Source: Hyaloraphidium curvatum SAG 235-1 (taxonomy: Eukaryota; Fungi; Monoblepharomycota). Taken from it: a DNA stretch of 64,000 nt. The notes under the pieces were generated by a model, which was not told where the DNA came from, did not search any database, and saw only the letters and a list, made by a program, of their open reading frames with translations. Position numbers and translations under genes: made by a program. Location of the stretch: assembly GCA_025558095.1 (NCBI GenBank), contig JAIVFI010000024.1:1-64000 (forward strand), given 5' to 3'. Below are positions 34,710 through 47,654 of the stretch, in pieces. The first letter of the stretch is position 1, and each line of letters starts with the position of its first letter.

Positions 34710-37148
34710 ATGGTCTCTGCCGCCGCGGCGCTCACCCCGACGCGCACCGCTGCGAAGTTCCTCGCCCCGCTGTTCGCCGCCGCCGCGCCCGCCGCCCCCG
34801 CCGCCGCCCGCACGTGCGTTCCGCCGCGCGCCCGATTTCCGCGGTCCGCGCACTCATCCGCCGCGCCCCGCGCAGCATGGCCACCGCCGCCGCCGAGAAG
34901 ACGTTCCAGAACCAGTCCAAGCTGCCGCACCTCCCCGTGCCCTCCATCGAGGAGACGCGCGCAAAGTTCCTCAAGTCGTGCATCCCCATCGCACGCTCGC
35001 AGGGCGAGTGGGACGCGCTCAAGGCAAAGTGGGACGACTTCGTCGAGGGCAAGGAGGCCGGGAAGCCGTCGGCAAAGGAGCTGCAGGACAGGCTGCTCAA
35101 GTTTGCCAAGGAGGAGGAGGTGGGTCTCCTGCCGCCACCCCCGAAGCCCCTCACCGACCCCAATTTCACAGGCCGCCACGGGCAACTGGCTCGACAGGCT
35201 GTGGCTGCGCAAGGCGTATCTCGAGTACCGCGACTCGGTGGTCATCAACGTCTCGTACTGGATGGCCTTCGACAACAGCCCGCTGCAGCCCGCCGCGCTG
35301 CTCGCCAACCCGCCCGCCGCGGGCACCTTCTCCGAGTGGCAGCTGAAGCGCGCCGCCAACCTGACCCGCGCGCTGCTGGTGTACAAGGGGATGATTGACC
35401 GGTGGGTCCCGACCGCGGTCGCCACCGCCTCCGGGCCCCTGATCCCGGGTCTTCCAGCGAGGAGATCGCCCCCGAGTACGGCAACAAGGCCACCAAGACG
35501 CAGCCCATGTGCATGCACCAGTTCAAGCTCCTCTTTGGCGGGCAGCGCTTCCCCGCGCCCGTCTGCGACACCATCGCCACCCCCTTCCCCGCCGCCGCGC
35601 GGCACATCGCCGTCATGGCCCGCGACCAGATCTACGCCGTCGAGGTGGTCGGCGCCGACGGCACCCCCGCCGCGGCCAAGGAGATCGAGGCGCAGCTGGC
35701 GGCCGTGGTGGCCGACGTGCAGAAGGGCGCGTCGGAGCCGCCCGTGGGGATCCTGTCGACGGTGCACAGGGACCGCTACGTGCCGTACTACAACAACCTG
35801 CTGAAGGCGGCGCCGGGGAACAAGGAGTCGATGAAGGTGCTGGAGGACGCGCTGTTCCTCGTCGCCCTCGGTGGGTCGCCCCGCCGTCGCCCCCTCCGGC
35901 TCGAAGCTGATCAACCCCTTGCCGGGCAGACGACTACTCGACCAACAACACCATGGACGAGTACCACCTCCAGTGGATGTGCAACCACCGCCAGAACTGC
36001 GCCAACCGCTTCGTCGACAAGGAGCTCCAGATCATCGTGGCCAACAACGGCCGCGCCGGCGTCATGGGCGAGCACTCGCCCGCCGACGCCGCGGTGCCCA
36101 ACATGATGTTCGACTGGGCGCTCAAGAACGAGGCCGACGCCGCAGTGCTGGGGGGGAAGCAGGTTTCCCTGGCGGCGCCCAAGAAGTTGAAGTTCGTGGC
36201 GGACGGGCAGGTGTCGGCCGACATCGCGGCGGCGCAGAGGGAGACCAAGGAGTGGGTGGGGAAGCTGGACTCGGTGGTGGCCGAGTACAACACGTACGGC
36301 GCCGGATGGGTCAAGAAGAACGGTGGGTCGCTCGATCGGCCGGATCGGCTGCGGAAGCTTGATACAGACGTTGGTGGCGATGTCCCACAGCCAAGATCTC
36401 GCCCGACGCCTACGCCCAGATGTGCCTCCAGCTCACCTTTGCCCGCCTGTACAAGTGGCCCACGGCCACGTACGAGACGGCGTCGACCCGCCAGCAGCTC
36501 CTCGGCCGCACCGAGACCACGCGCACGTGCTCGGTCGACTCGGAGAAGTGGGCGCGGAGCTTCGACAGCAACACCATCTCTGTGGGTTGCCCGCGGCCGG
36601 GGCGCGACGTCCGCCCGTCCTGACGCCCTTCATTTGACAGGACGGCGAGAAGCTCAAGCGCCTCCGCGCCGCCGCCACCGCGCACATCGCCTACGCCCGC
36701 GAGGCCGCGCAGGGCAAGGGCGTCGACCGCCACAGCATGGCGCTCAAGTCGATGCTCAAGCCCGGGGAGGCCGCGCCGGCGCTGTTCGGGGACGAGCTGT
36801 ACCAGCGTTCGTTCCACCACCGCATCTCGACGTCGAACCTGTCCGTGTCGGCAAAGACGCTGTGCGGGTTCGGGCCGACCGCCGAGGACGGCTACGGTGC
36901 GCGCTCCCCTTGCATGGCTATGATCACCCCGCTGATCCGCCGCCCGCGGTACAGGCTCCAACTACAACGTCCAGGAGGAGTGGATGAAGTTCTCCATCTC
37001 CTCGCGCAAGGACGTCCCCGACGTCGACTCGAACAAGTTCCGCGCCACGCTGATCAAGGTCTTCGACGACGTCCGCGCCTCGGTGGAGAAGGGCATGAAG
37101 GAGCTTGGCGAGAACGTGGTGGCGGCGGGGGCCAAGGCCAAGCTCTGA
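34710..37148 (+). CDS. Carnitine O-acetyltransferase with N-terminal presequence and PTS1 -AKL
   Basis: LPHLPVPSIEET, NWL..WL..AYL, PMCMHQF, NRFVDK, GEHSPADA, TYETASTR..GRTET, GKGVDRH, ISTS, GFGP..DGYG. Confidence 0.92.
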
Positions 37149-37377
37149 GCGTGCGGGCCGGACGGACTAGTTTGGGGAGGGCCGGCGATATAGACCGTCG
37201 GGCCGGGGGGATAGAAAAGAGTTGGAAGGGGGACAAGTTTTGTAGCTGAGTCTGCGCAAAAGAGGATCGGACAGCAGAAAGTTCCCGCGGAGTAAGTCCG
37301 AGGTCTCTAATGATCCGGGGCCGGGAACACCTCGCGTCGCGGTAGAACCATAAAGAGAAAGCAGCCGTCGGCGGCAT

Positions 37378-38959
37378 CTACATCTTGATGACGGCGCGGG
37401 CGACGCCGCCGGCCTTGAGCATGTCGAAGCCTTCGTTGATCTCCTCGAGGGTGATGGTCTTGGAGATGAGCTCGTCGAGCTTCAGGCGGCCTGGCAACCC
37501 ATGTCAGACCCGGAATAGCGCTCCGCGGTCGTCGAACCCACCCTGCTTGTAGAGCGACAACATCCTGGTCATGTCGACCTCGTAGCGGGCGCCGCCGTAG
37601 ATGGTGCCCTTGACGGTCTTTTCCATGAGCGCGAGCGAGAAGGGGTTCACGCTGGCCATCTGCTGGATGGGCGCGATGCCGACCTCGACGGCGGTGCCGC
37701 CGGGGCGGATCATGGCGATGATCTGCTCAAAGACCTTGGAGTTGCCGATGGCGTCGAAGGCGTACTCGACGCCGCCGGGGCAGATCTTCATCACCTCGGC
37801 GACGACGTCGACGCCGTTGCCGTTGACCACGTGGGTGGCGCCGAACTCCTTGGCAAAGTCGAGCTTGCTGTCGAGCAGGTCGATGGCGATGATGGTGCTC
37901 GCGTTGACGAGGCGGGCGCCCTGCACGACGTTGAGGCCCACGCCGCCGCAGCCGACCACGGCGACGGTGGAGCCCATCTCGACCTTGCCGGCGTTGATGG
38001 CCGCGCAGACGCCCGTGGTCACGGCGCAGCCGACAATGGCGCAGCGGTCCAGGCCGATGCTCTTGTCGTGAACCGGCACGACCTGGTCCTCCGAGACCAC
38101 GACGTACTCGGAGTAGAGGCCGAGGGCCGACATGGCGGGCAGGGGGGTGCCGTCGGGGAGGCGGGCGCGAACCTTGCCGGTGCGGCCGGCCTGGCAGAGG
38201 TTGGGCCTGCCGACCTGGCACCTACATTGGATGGGGAGGATGTGTCAACGGCAATCAAAAGTGTCGCTTTCACATAACCGACATGTTGCACTTGCCGCAG
38301 TTGTCGTTGAAAAGGAAGATGACGTCTATGGAATCGCGGAGCAAGAGCATTTTGTCAGGTCCCCGTTGGGAATGACGGCAGCGCGCCACCCACGGTCGCC
38401 CTCCTTGACGCGGTCGCAGCCGCGGCCGGGCTTGACGACGACGCCGGCACCCTCGTGACCAAGGAGCTGAATTGCACGGGGCCATTGGTCAGGATCTCCG
38501 GGGAACGCCGGGCACGGCGGGACTTGCCATGGGCACGGAGCTGAGGGCGCCCTGCCAGTCACCCTTGATCATGTGCAGGTCCTGCCGGCGACCGGAATCC
38601 AATCAATACCGTCCAGCATGAACGGAACGCGGCCCAAAACCCACCGAGTGGCACACACCGGCGGTGTGGACGCGGACGAGCACCTCCCCGACATCGGGCT
38701 CCTGCCACTCGACCTGCGCACCCGGGAATCAGCTCCTCCCCCGCGGCCCGCCTCCAACCCGCGGCAGAGCGCACCTCGCGGATGACGAGGGGCTTGTTGT
38801 ACCTGTCGGGCGCGCGCGCGCGGGGGGGAGACGTCGGCGGTTCGGGGGGCACGGCGGGGCGGCACGGGTCAGCGCGAATCGCGGCCGGCAGCGCGCGGGG
38901 ACGCGGTACTCTTCAAGAACCGCCGCCTTGCACTTGATCGGGAACGCGGGAGAAGCCAT
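37378..38959 (-). CDS. Zinc-dependent alcohol dehydrogenase, many small exons
   Basis: KAAVL, GVCHSD, LGHEGAG, CGKCNM..C..G.PNLC, GCAVTTG, VGCGGVGL, INEGF. Confidence 0.9.
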
Positions 38960-39879
38960 CGCGAGGTCTGGGGGCGGGATTCGGGGCGGGGGACGTTTTC
39001 TGTAGCGCGAGTTCAGCCGACCCGAGTTACCCCGGGCTCGCTAACTCGCGGCAAGGCTGGGGCAAGAGGCAAGGTCAAAATGCCGAAATAAAGCACAGTT
39101 TCCGGACCTGAGAACGCAGTACAGCACGATTGCCATTTGGCGGTCCTCTTGTTTGGCGTTCCAACGCTCGCGCGAACGAGTCACCCGGCGCCAAGAGATC
39201 GGTGCGATCGGTCCCAGGTCACCGTTGAAACGTCCCCCATAATCGTAGGCCTCCAAGAAACTGAACACTGATCCGGATGCCGTGGCCTTCACGGACTTCG
39301 GCGGGCCTTTGGCTGGGGCGCGAAACGACCGCCGGAGGCGCCTTCGCGGGCCGCGTCCCGGCCGGACACGTCGCAGATTCTTGGACGTCCCCGGCATCTC
39401 CTCCGTTCGGCGAATCCCGCCGCGGCGCCGACTGGCAGGTGGCAATGGGACAAGCAGCCCGAGATTACAGAGGACGCGCATCGCCGCAGGATCCGAGCCG
39501 CCGCCGTGCCGTTCGAGTCGCGCTTGATCAATCGCGGTGGCCGAGGGCAGAGGGGACGCTGCCGGATCGGATTTCGATCGGATGTCGGTCCCGATGCGCC
39601 GGATGCGGTGCCCGACGGGCGGCTGCGCACTTGGCGGCTCGGGAGCCTGGATTCAGGGGTCGAGGAGCGAACGGCCGCTGCGGCCGTGGGTGCATATTAC
39701 CGCGGCCAAAACGCCCTGAGAAGGCGATCGAGTGATCCGGAAGCACGACCTGCATTCATGGGCGGATGCCGCGGATGTCCGCGGGCGGCCGACCAGGGAC
39801 CGCGGGGGGACGCTGTGTGGGGATCCCTTCAATTGTCCCTCTTCAGGAGCCGCAGCCGACCTCACGGCCGCCAACGACA

Positions 39880-42238
39880 ATGAACCTTGCCTCGACGCTG
39901 CCGCTGCCGTCGCCCGCGCTGTGGGCCGCGGCGTTCGGCCCCGCGCCGCCCGCGCCGCCGCCGGCCGACGACGACGCGGCGCTGCTGCCGTCCGCCCCGC
40001 CCGCGTTCCTCGCGGCCTTCTTCTCGGCGATCCACGCGGGCACCGTGCCGATCGGCGAGGACACCGCGCGCGAGATGCGCTTCGCCCCGCCGGCGCACGC
40101 CGACACGCGGTGGGCGGCGTTCTGGGGCTCCGCGGCGCTGGCAGCGGCAATGGACTGGGGCGGCGCCGCAACGCTGCTGGCGCGCCACGGCGACCCCAAC
40201 GACCGCTCGTACTCCTCCGTCTTTGGCCTCGGTGAGGTCGTCGTGCGGCTGGAGCGGAGAGTGCAGGGCCTGCTGGCCGCAGAGCTCGACCGCTTCTGGT
40301 CCGAATCCGACGGCGCGCCCCCGGGCGCCCTGCTCACCATGGAGAACCTGGCCCTGGTGTGGGCCATCAACACGGTCGCCGCCCACACAAACTACCAGCT
40401 GTCGCGCGACGCCGCCACCCGCGGCCTGGTGCAGCAGGCCCTCGACCTGCTCCGCGCAACCGGCGTCCCGCAGCACCGCGACCCCGCCTCCGAGCCCGGC
40501 TGGGGCCTCGACGACCTGCACATCACCGGCTGCTGGATCGCCGCGCACTGGGCCGCCGCCTCGCTCGACTACTACCTGGCCTTTGTCACCGGCCTCCCTC
40601 CCATCGTCGACACCCCGCACGAGCTCCCGCACGTACCCACCAACGTCCCCGCACTCTGGCTCGGCATGCTTCCCCCGCCCTCGCGGCGCCCCGCCAACGG
40701 CCCGATCCCGCCCCAGTTCCTCCGCCCCGAGCTGTACGGCATCGACGCGCGGGAATACCTCGGCTGGATCTGCCCCCGGCTCGACCCGCCCGTCGGGCCG
40801 CGCACGAGGGACACGGTGCTCGCGGCCCGCGTGCGCACGCTCAAGCTGCTCGGGCCGGCGTACGTGACCCACATTGCCATGTATGCCGCGGCAAAGATCG
40901 CCGAGTTCAGGGGCTGGCTCGCGCACGCGGCGGGGCTGTCGGTGGCCGAGGTGCTGCTGGCCGGCGAGGTCGTCGCGCGGCTGGGGATCCTCGAGGCCGT
41001 GGACCCGGAGGACGCCGCGGCGTGCCTGCCGGGGCTGGATGCAGCCCACGTTGGGCGGCTGTTTCGCAACCCGCTGCTGGGCGAAGCCGTGCGCAGGCGC
41101 GAGCACCTCGAGGCGGCCGTGTCGGCCATCCGCGACGCCATGCCGCCCGAGGTGACGGCGGCGGAGGAGTCGGGCGATTACGCGCAGGTGTGCTCCGCGC
41201 TGCCCCTTTACAACGACGCCCAGCGGGTCGCCCTCCTCAAGTGAGTTGCGGCGGGTTCCTACTACCTCGATCAGAGTCGCTGACCACTCCCCCCGTTCCA
41301 GCTTCCTGATCCACCTGCGGCAGCTCAGCCTCTCCCTCCTCAGCCCCGAACCCCTCGAGGACCGCGGCGCCCTCCTCAACCCCGCCTCCCCCCCCGGCGA
41401 CGACGCCTCGGCCGCCTGCCTCGCGTGGTCCCGCCTCCCCCCCTTCCGCCGCGTGCTGCACCACGCCCGCTCCGTCTCCCGCACCTGCGCCCTGCTCGCG
41501 CGGCACGCCCCGCACCTCGCCAACTCCATCTTCGCCCCCGGTGCATGCCGCGCCGCCATCGCCGCCGCCTACGTGCACCTCGCCGCCCTCCGCGGCACGG
41601 ACCCCTCCCTCCGCCCCGCCGCCGCGCGCGACCTCGCGGCGTGCACGTCGCTGCTCGAGGCGTCGGGGCTGGACCACGCCCAGCCCGCGCGGATCCTGCT
41701 GCGGCGCCTGGCCGAGGGCGAGGACGTGCGCCCCACGCGGGCGGACGCGAGGGCCCTGCGGGTCGCAGGGGCCGCGTGCACACACCTGCCGCGGGGGGAG
41801 CGGATGGCCCGGGGCGGGTGCTGGGGGTGCGTGGTGGAGGGGGGGGAGGGGGACGGGGAGGAGGATCCGATGCTGGAGATACCGGCGGTCCGGAGGGGGA
41901 GCTCGGGGCTGCTGGGCAGGGGCGGGTCGGGGCAGCTGGAGCGCGGGGGGTCGGGGATGCTGCCGGTTTTGGATCCGGGGGAGATGCTGCCCAGGGCCCA
42001 GTCGTGGTCGCTCCCGCGGGGGAGGGACCCGGGACCGCCGACGGTGCGGGCCCGGAGCCGGCTGCGGTCGCGGTCGGTGCGGTTCGCGGAGGAGGTGGCT
42101 GTTTTCGAGACGCATTCCCGCGACTCGTACCCGGGGCGGTCCATGCACGCGCCCGAGGGGGCGGACGGCGAGCACGGGGCGGATGCGGGGGTGCCGATGG
42201 CGCAGAGAGGGATCGTGCATCGGGTCGGGACGTTGTGA
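39880..42238 (+). CDS. Hypothetical helical protein, possibly related to fungal TF middle-homology regions; intron ~41241-41301
   Basis: Long ORF with coding-like GC3 bias, continued after a GT-AG intron; no confident motif. Confidence 0.5.
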
Positions 42239-42554
42239 TGGACGGATTGGGCGGACTGGATTGGCGTTTGGCTGGGCTTGCTCGGTCGGACGTGCGTGCG
42301 CGCTCGCTGGGGGATTCACTTGGGAGGCCGTCGGTTGGTTGCCGAATCGTACTGCTGCTTGTGATCTGCAATTTGCTCTCAACATCTACGTATGCATGCC
42401 CGCCTTTTCCTTGGAGCCGAGTGCGCGCCTTGGCCGTTCCAAGGCTTTCGGAGCCGGCCGCCGGCACAGCCGCATCGCGACCGCACACTCACCCCCCCGG
42501 CCCCGGCGCTCCTGCCTCTTCTCCCTACTTAAATACCCCTCTACCCGCCTCACA

Positions 42555-43476
42555 ATGTCCGCGCTGTGGTGCGCCCCGAGTCCCGGCCGCCCATTCTCCC
42601 CGCTGACCGCCCCGCAGGGCCAACTACCTCGTCCTCCTCGACGCGCACCCGCTCCGCACAAAGGCGCTCACGGCGGCCGCCATCGCCGCCACGGGCGACG
42701 TGTGCGCGCAGATCATCGAGCACAGGCGGAAGGCGAGGGCGACGGCGAGGGCGGGCGCGTGGCACTGGGACAGGCGGCGGACGGCGCGGCTCGGGTGCGT
42801 GGCGACGGGAAGGATGGCTCCCAACGTGGTCTCATTCTTGCCCTTCTGATCGCGCACAGATTCTACGGTCTGGCTGTCGGTGGCCCCATAACACACCTCT
42901 GGTGGGCCTTCTCGGACTCCTCGCTTCCTTGACTCCTCTTCGCCTTGTCCTTGCTCACCCCCGACCCGACAGGTACCTCGTCCTCGAAGCCATCTACGGC
43001 GCCTCGGCCACCCTCCGCTCCTCGCTGGCCAAGATGGCCACGGACCAGATCGTCGCTGCGCCGGCCTTCACCGCGGCCTTCTTCGCCGTCAACGCCGGGC
43101 TGGAGGGCAAGGGGACCAGGGAGATCGGGGAGAGGGTGAGGAGGGATCTTTGGGGGACGTTGAAGGTTCGTTTTACGATGGTGGACCGTGTCCGTCTGTT
43201 TGGACGCTCACAGGGAACACTTGGCAACGCGCACAGGCAAACTGGGCGCTCTGGCCCGCAGCACTCACCCTGAACTTCCTCTTCGTCCCGCAACCCCTCC
43301 GCGTGCTGTACGTCAACGCTTTGGGCCTCGTGTGGGGCTCGTACCTCTCGATGGTGCAGAACCGGCCGGACGCCTCGGCTGCGGAGGGAGGGATCGCGCT
43401 GGAGGACGTCAAGGTATGGATTGATGCGGAGCCGGATGAGGGGGGAGGGGAGGCTGATGCGGTGGTTAAGCTGTGA
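42555..43476 (+). CDS. Mpv17/PMP22 (Sym1-like) membrane protein
   Basis: YL..L..HPLRTKALT, GDVCAQ, WDRRRTAR, GGPITHLW, DQIVAAP, NWALWP..NF.FVP..LRVLYVN..W..YLS. Confidence 0.9.
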
Positions 43477-43837
43477 CAGGGCGGTTGTGGGTGGACGCGG
43501 CGCTGGACGTGCCGGGGTGGAGACGATAGATCTTGGCGGCCGCGCGCCGCCGTTGCTGCCTCCCTCTCTGATTCATCTGAATTTCGAACAACAAAGACAT
43601 CGGATTGATGCTCGAACAATCAATTGTCCCGTTGAGGTCCTGTGGAAGGTGTTACAGAAGGTTATGCGGACGAAGCAGTGGCCTAGGGTGACGACGACCG
43701 AGTCGACCGACGCGTCATCGCTCAATCCCATCTCCAGCTCATCTCGGCGACCAGTCCTCGACCACACCGGCAACCGCCACCTCCGCCGCAGTGCAACGCG
43801 CCTCCACGCTTGCCCGCACCGTCGCGCCCGCACCAAG

Positions 43838-44817
43838 ATGCCGCTCCGCGTTGCGACATGGAACGTCTCGTCGGGGGAAGCCTTCCTCAGGGTCGACCCG
43901 ACGGTGCTCCTCGCCAGGTTCGAGAGGAAGCTCGGCGACCCAATCGACGTGCTGGCTCTGCAGGAGCTCCGCGCCAAGGAGGAGTGGAAGCGGGAGATGC
44001 TCGCGGGGGCGCTGCCGGGCTACCGATTCTACGCCTCCTATCCCAAGGAGGGCAAGCACGGGCATTTCGGCGCGGGCGTGGGGATCTACCTGCGGGAGGA
44101 GCACACGCAGGGTGCCCGACTGCCGGAGCTCGACTGGGACGTCGAGGGGAGGGTCGCGGCGGTCGATCTGCCCGGCCTGGTGACCCTGATGAGCGTCTAC
44201 TCCGTGAACGGCACGCTGGACAGCAAGTGGATTGACCCGTCGACTGGGCAGGTGAAGAAGGTGGGCTGGGCCTGCCTTTTTGCCTCCATTACTCGGGCCT
44301 GATTCTGCATCGGCAGGACCAGTTGGGTTTCGAGATGACCCGCCACGACGCCCGCAAGGACTTCGACGAGAAGCTCCTCTCCATGCTCCGCGCGATCCAG
44401 GCCGAGGGCCGCCAGATCATCCTGCTGGGGGACATGAACGTCCAGCGCGCGGGCTCCCCTGGCCACGACAACAACGGCTGCCGCGATCGTTTCGAGCGCA
44501 TGATTAAGCAGATCGGGCTCGCGGACGCGTACCTCGATCGGGGCAAGCAAGGTGACGGCATCAGTTACTACAGCGATCGGGTGCCCTTCGGGTGGGTGCC
44601 CCCCGGAATGCGGCAGCCTTTTGCGGCTGACGTCGCCCGGCCGAGCAGGGGCAAGAAACCGAAAAGCTCGCGGGTGGACTATGTGCTGCATTCCGAGGGC
44701 ATCGGAGCTGAGCGAGCGGGTGTGTTTGTGTTTGACGGCGTCGGGGGGATCAGGGACTTCGTGCCGGGGAGGTGGGTGCACGCGCCGGTCTGGGCGGTGC
44801 TCGAGGCGGACGTTTAA
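43838..44817 (+). CDS. Endonuclease/exonuclease/phosphatase (ExoIII/AP endonuclease-like) protein, one intron
   Basis: VATWNV, LALQE, EGRV, SVYSVNG, LLGDMN, DAY, RVDYVL, HAPVW. Confidence 0.8.
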
Positions 44818-44953
44818 TCGCGAAAGGGTTCGTGGACTAGCTGCTGCAGGAAAACTCGGGGGATCGGGATGTTCGCCGGGTTGGCTTTTGCAATGAACGA
44901 ATGGAGACCCGCCCTTCACCATCCGTCCGTATTATGGCAGCCCGCCGCGGCGC

Positions 44954-46477
44954 TCACCCCGGGCAAACGCTCTCGGGCGTGACGCGGATCCCCACGCCCC
45001 TCAGGATGCCAAACAGCCCGATCCCCAGCGTGAACAGCGTGACGGCGACCGTCCGCACGACCCCGAAATCGATCACGAACCCCAGCAGCCTCGCCCTCGC
45101 GTTCCCGGGCTCGATGCAGCCCGACAGCACGGCGTCGTGCCAGGCCAGGCACCGGTCCATCTCGGTGCCGCCCCCGCCGGCGTGCGAAAAGCGAAGGCCC
45201 ATCTGGCGGACCTCGGACCGCGCGTCGTTGTACAGCGCGGTGATGGCCGAGACCTGCGCGTTGGCCTCCGAGAGGTTGATGAGCTCGATCAGGGAGAAGC
45301 CCACGCTGGTGGCGAGCATGGCGAACTGCCACGCCGCGATGCAGCCGGCGGCGGCGTTGAGCACAAAGGAGACGATCAGCGCGACGACCTGCCCCGCCAT
45401 GATGTTCCTGCTGATCCGGAGGTACAGCCATCGGGTCGACCATGCCGCGACGAGGTTGTGGTGCAGGGCGAGCCACGCGTGGTCCGGTGCGGGCGGATGA
45501 CCAGAAGGGAGAGCGCGCCGGAGTGCTCCGAGGACCCGCGAAAGAGCGAGGAAGACGGCGCGTCGGTGCAGCCGGGTGTTCAATCGGATGGTTGGGATAA
45601 CGTTGATGGTCCAGCAACGGGTAAAGTGCGTGATGAAGTTGCGGACAATGTATTACAGGACGGTGATGGGAAACACGGCAGCCCAACCAGAGCTCCAGAA
45701 GGGGTCGGCATAAGTGATTGCGGGGTACAGAGGTAGAAGAGGAGGGCAAGCAAGTTCATCGCCATGAAGAAGGCTGCGTCCAGTGCCTTGGCGGAGGCGA
45801 TGGCGTGTCCGAGATCACTGGTGCACGACGGGCGCGGGCACGGGCACAGATCGTCGCCGTCCACGTGCTGGAACAGGCCGCTGACTGTGTTGCTGCCAGC
45901 ATCCCCGCCGGTCACGGCGTCCTCGACGTTGCCCGGCTGTTTCTGCCCGCGGAGCTGCTGGAGGCGGATCCACATGGCCATGGACGCGTTGGAGGCCGCA
46001 ACCGCCGCAGGTCCGCTGAAGTTGGCGAAGAAGAAGGCAGCAACGGCGTTGGCGTGCCAGATGGCGATCGAGACGACGCCGAGCGTGACGTGGCCCGCCG
46101 GAAATCCTCCCTTGGCGGCAAAGAACGCGATAGACACCAGCAGTGGCACCAGGAGCAGCGTGGCGGCCAGGTGCCTCTGGACCAGCCGCGGGTGGAACGA
46201 CCCGCCGACGGACGCCATGGCGGCCTCCCAATACAGCGCCCGCGGGCCCACTCGCGCCACCTCCGCGAGCACCACATTCGGCGTCAGCGGGTCGTTGCGC
46301 CGCAGGGTCGTGGCGGGGTCCGGCTCGGCCGGCGCGTCGGCCAGCGAAAGTGTCGCGGGCGGTGCTTCGGAGGGGAAGAGGACGAGCCATTCGCGCGCAG
46401 AAAAGAGCGGGGGCGGCGGGAGCGGCTCAGGGGCATTGTGCGCTCTGTCGGCGTCTGCGTCGGACGCGCCGCCCATC
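44954..46477 (-). pseudogene. Multi-TM protein (gustatory-receptor/DUF3537-like C-terminus), disrupted
   Basis: TM helices, CPCPRPSC, C-terminal RLLGFVIDFGVVRTVAVTLFTLGIGLFGILRG; frameshift near 45730 and in-frame TAA at 45653-45655. Confidence 0.6.
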
Positions 46478-46700
46478 GATGTCGAGGCCCGGAGGTTCCA
46501 ACGCTCCACGGGGGAGACAGAGATGTTTGGACCGACCGCTCGGAAGCCGGGAAGCCCACGAAGAGATTGTTCAAGACCGCCCTAGCTCACGTCGAACGAT
46601 CAGAATCGCCTTGAAATTGGAACGTCATCCACACGAAGATCCCATTCCCGGTCGCCTGCGCGGGCCGGACGAGTTCCAGCTGATGGTCCTCTGCAGTGAT

Positions 46701-47557
46701 CTACATCCTCGCAGGCCTCCACTCTTCCGCCAGCCCCAGCTTGACCAGGTCGTAGTCCGCCGTGCACACGATCGCGGTATCGTACAGCGCCTGATCGTGC
46801 CATTAGCCGCGGTGCCGTCCAAGCATGAACGCCTCGCACGCACCGGCAACCTGCACTCTTCGTTCACCGCCTGGTACGCCGGATCCCCCGCCATATCGAC
46901 CCAATGCCACAGGCTCGGAAACTGCGCGATCCCCACCGCGTCCCACCCCCTCTCCTTGCCCACCACCTCCCCCGAGAGCTTGGCGCGGCCGCCGTGCCGC
47001 CCGCCCGCGGTCGCGGTGCGCCGGCCGTACTCCGCGTACAGCTCGCGGGCGGGGGGCGGGTTGAAAGACAGGAGATTGAGCTGCGAGACGGGAAGGGAGG
47101 GCGGGAGGGAGCGGGCGAGGGCGAGGAGGGGGTCGGACGGTTTGAGGTCGCGCGAGTCGGGGGGGAGGAGGGAGGGGTCGGCGGGGGGGGAGTATGGGAG
47201 CACGCGGGGGAAGGATGAGTGGACGGTTTGAATCCGTGCGTTCCATTTGGGGTAGACGTCGAGGGTGGGTTTCGGCATCGCGAGCGGGAGGGGGTAGCTG
47301 TCAAGGAGCAGCGACGCCGCGTCCGGCGGGATTCCGGCGCCGAGGAAGATCACCGCAGCGTGCCATTCCGTTCTCGTGATCCGTGACGCGTCGATTTTGG
47401 TGCACGGCACGGCGGTGCCGAGCACCCGAGCGGCCCAGACGACGCGTCTCCCGGCGCCGGCGAGGGCGCGCAGGAAAGCGATGCAGGACTCCTCCGAGCC
47501 GCCGGCTTTAAAGCGGGCGAGCAGGAGCTCCGCACCCTCGCTAGAAGGAGCGGCCAT
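46701..47557 (-). CDS. DUF1330-like (dimeric alpha/beta barrel) protein, one intron
   Basis: LNLLSF, YAEYG, GG.AKLSG, WDAVGIAQFPS..DM..DPAYQ, RLP|ALYDT. Confidence 0.6.
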
Positions 47558-47654
47558 ATAAAATCGTTTGCTGGCTACGGAGGTCGGGCGGTGGCGGCCC
47601 CGCGTGCGGATCCCGCGAAATCCCTCACGGCCCGAGGGTCCCTCACTCGCCGCC

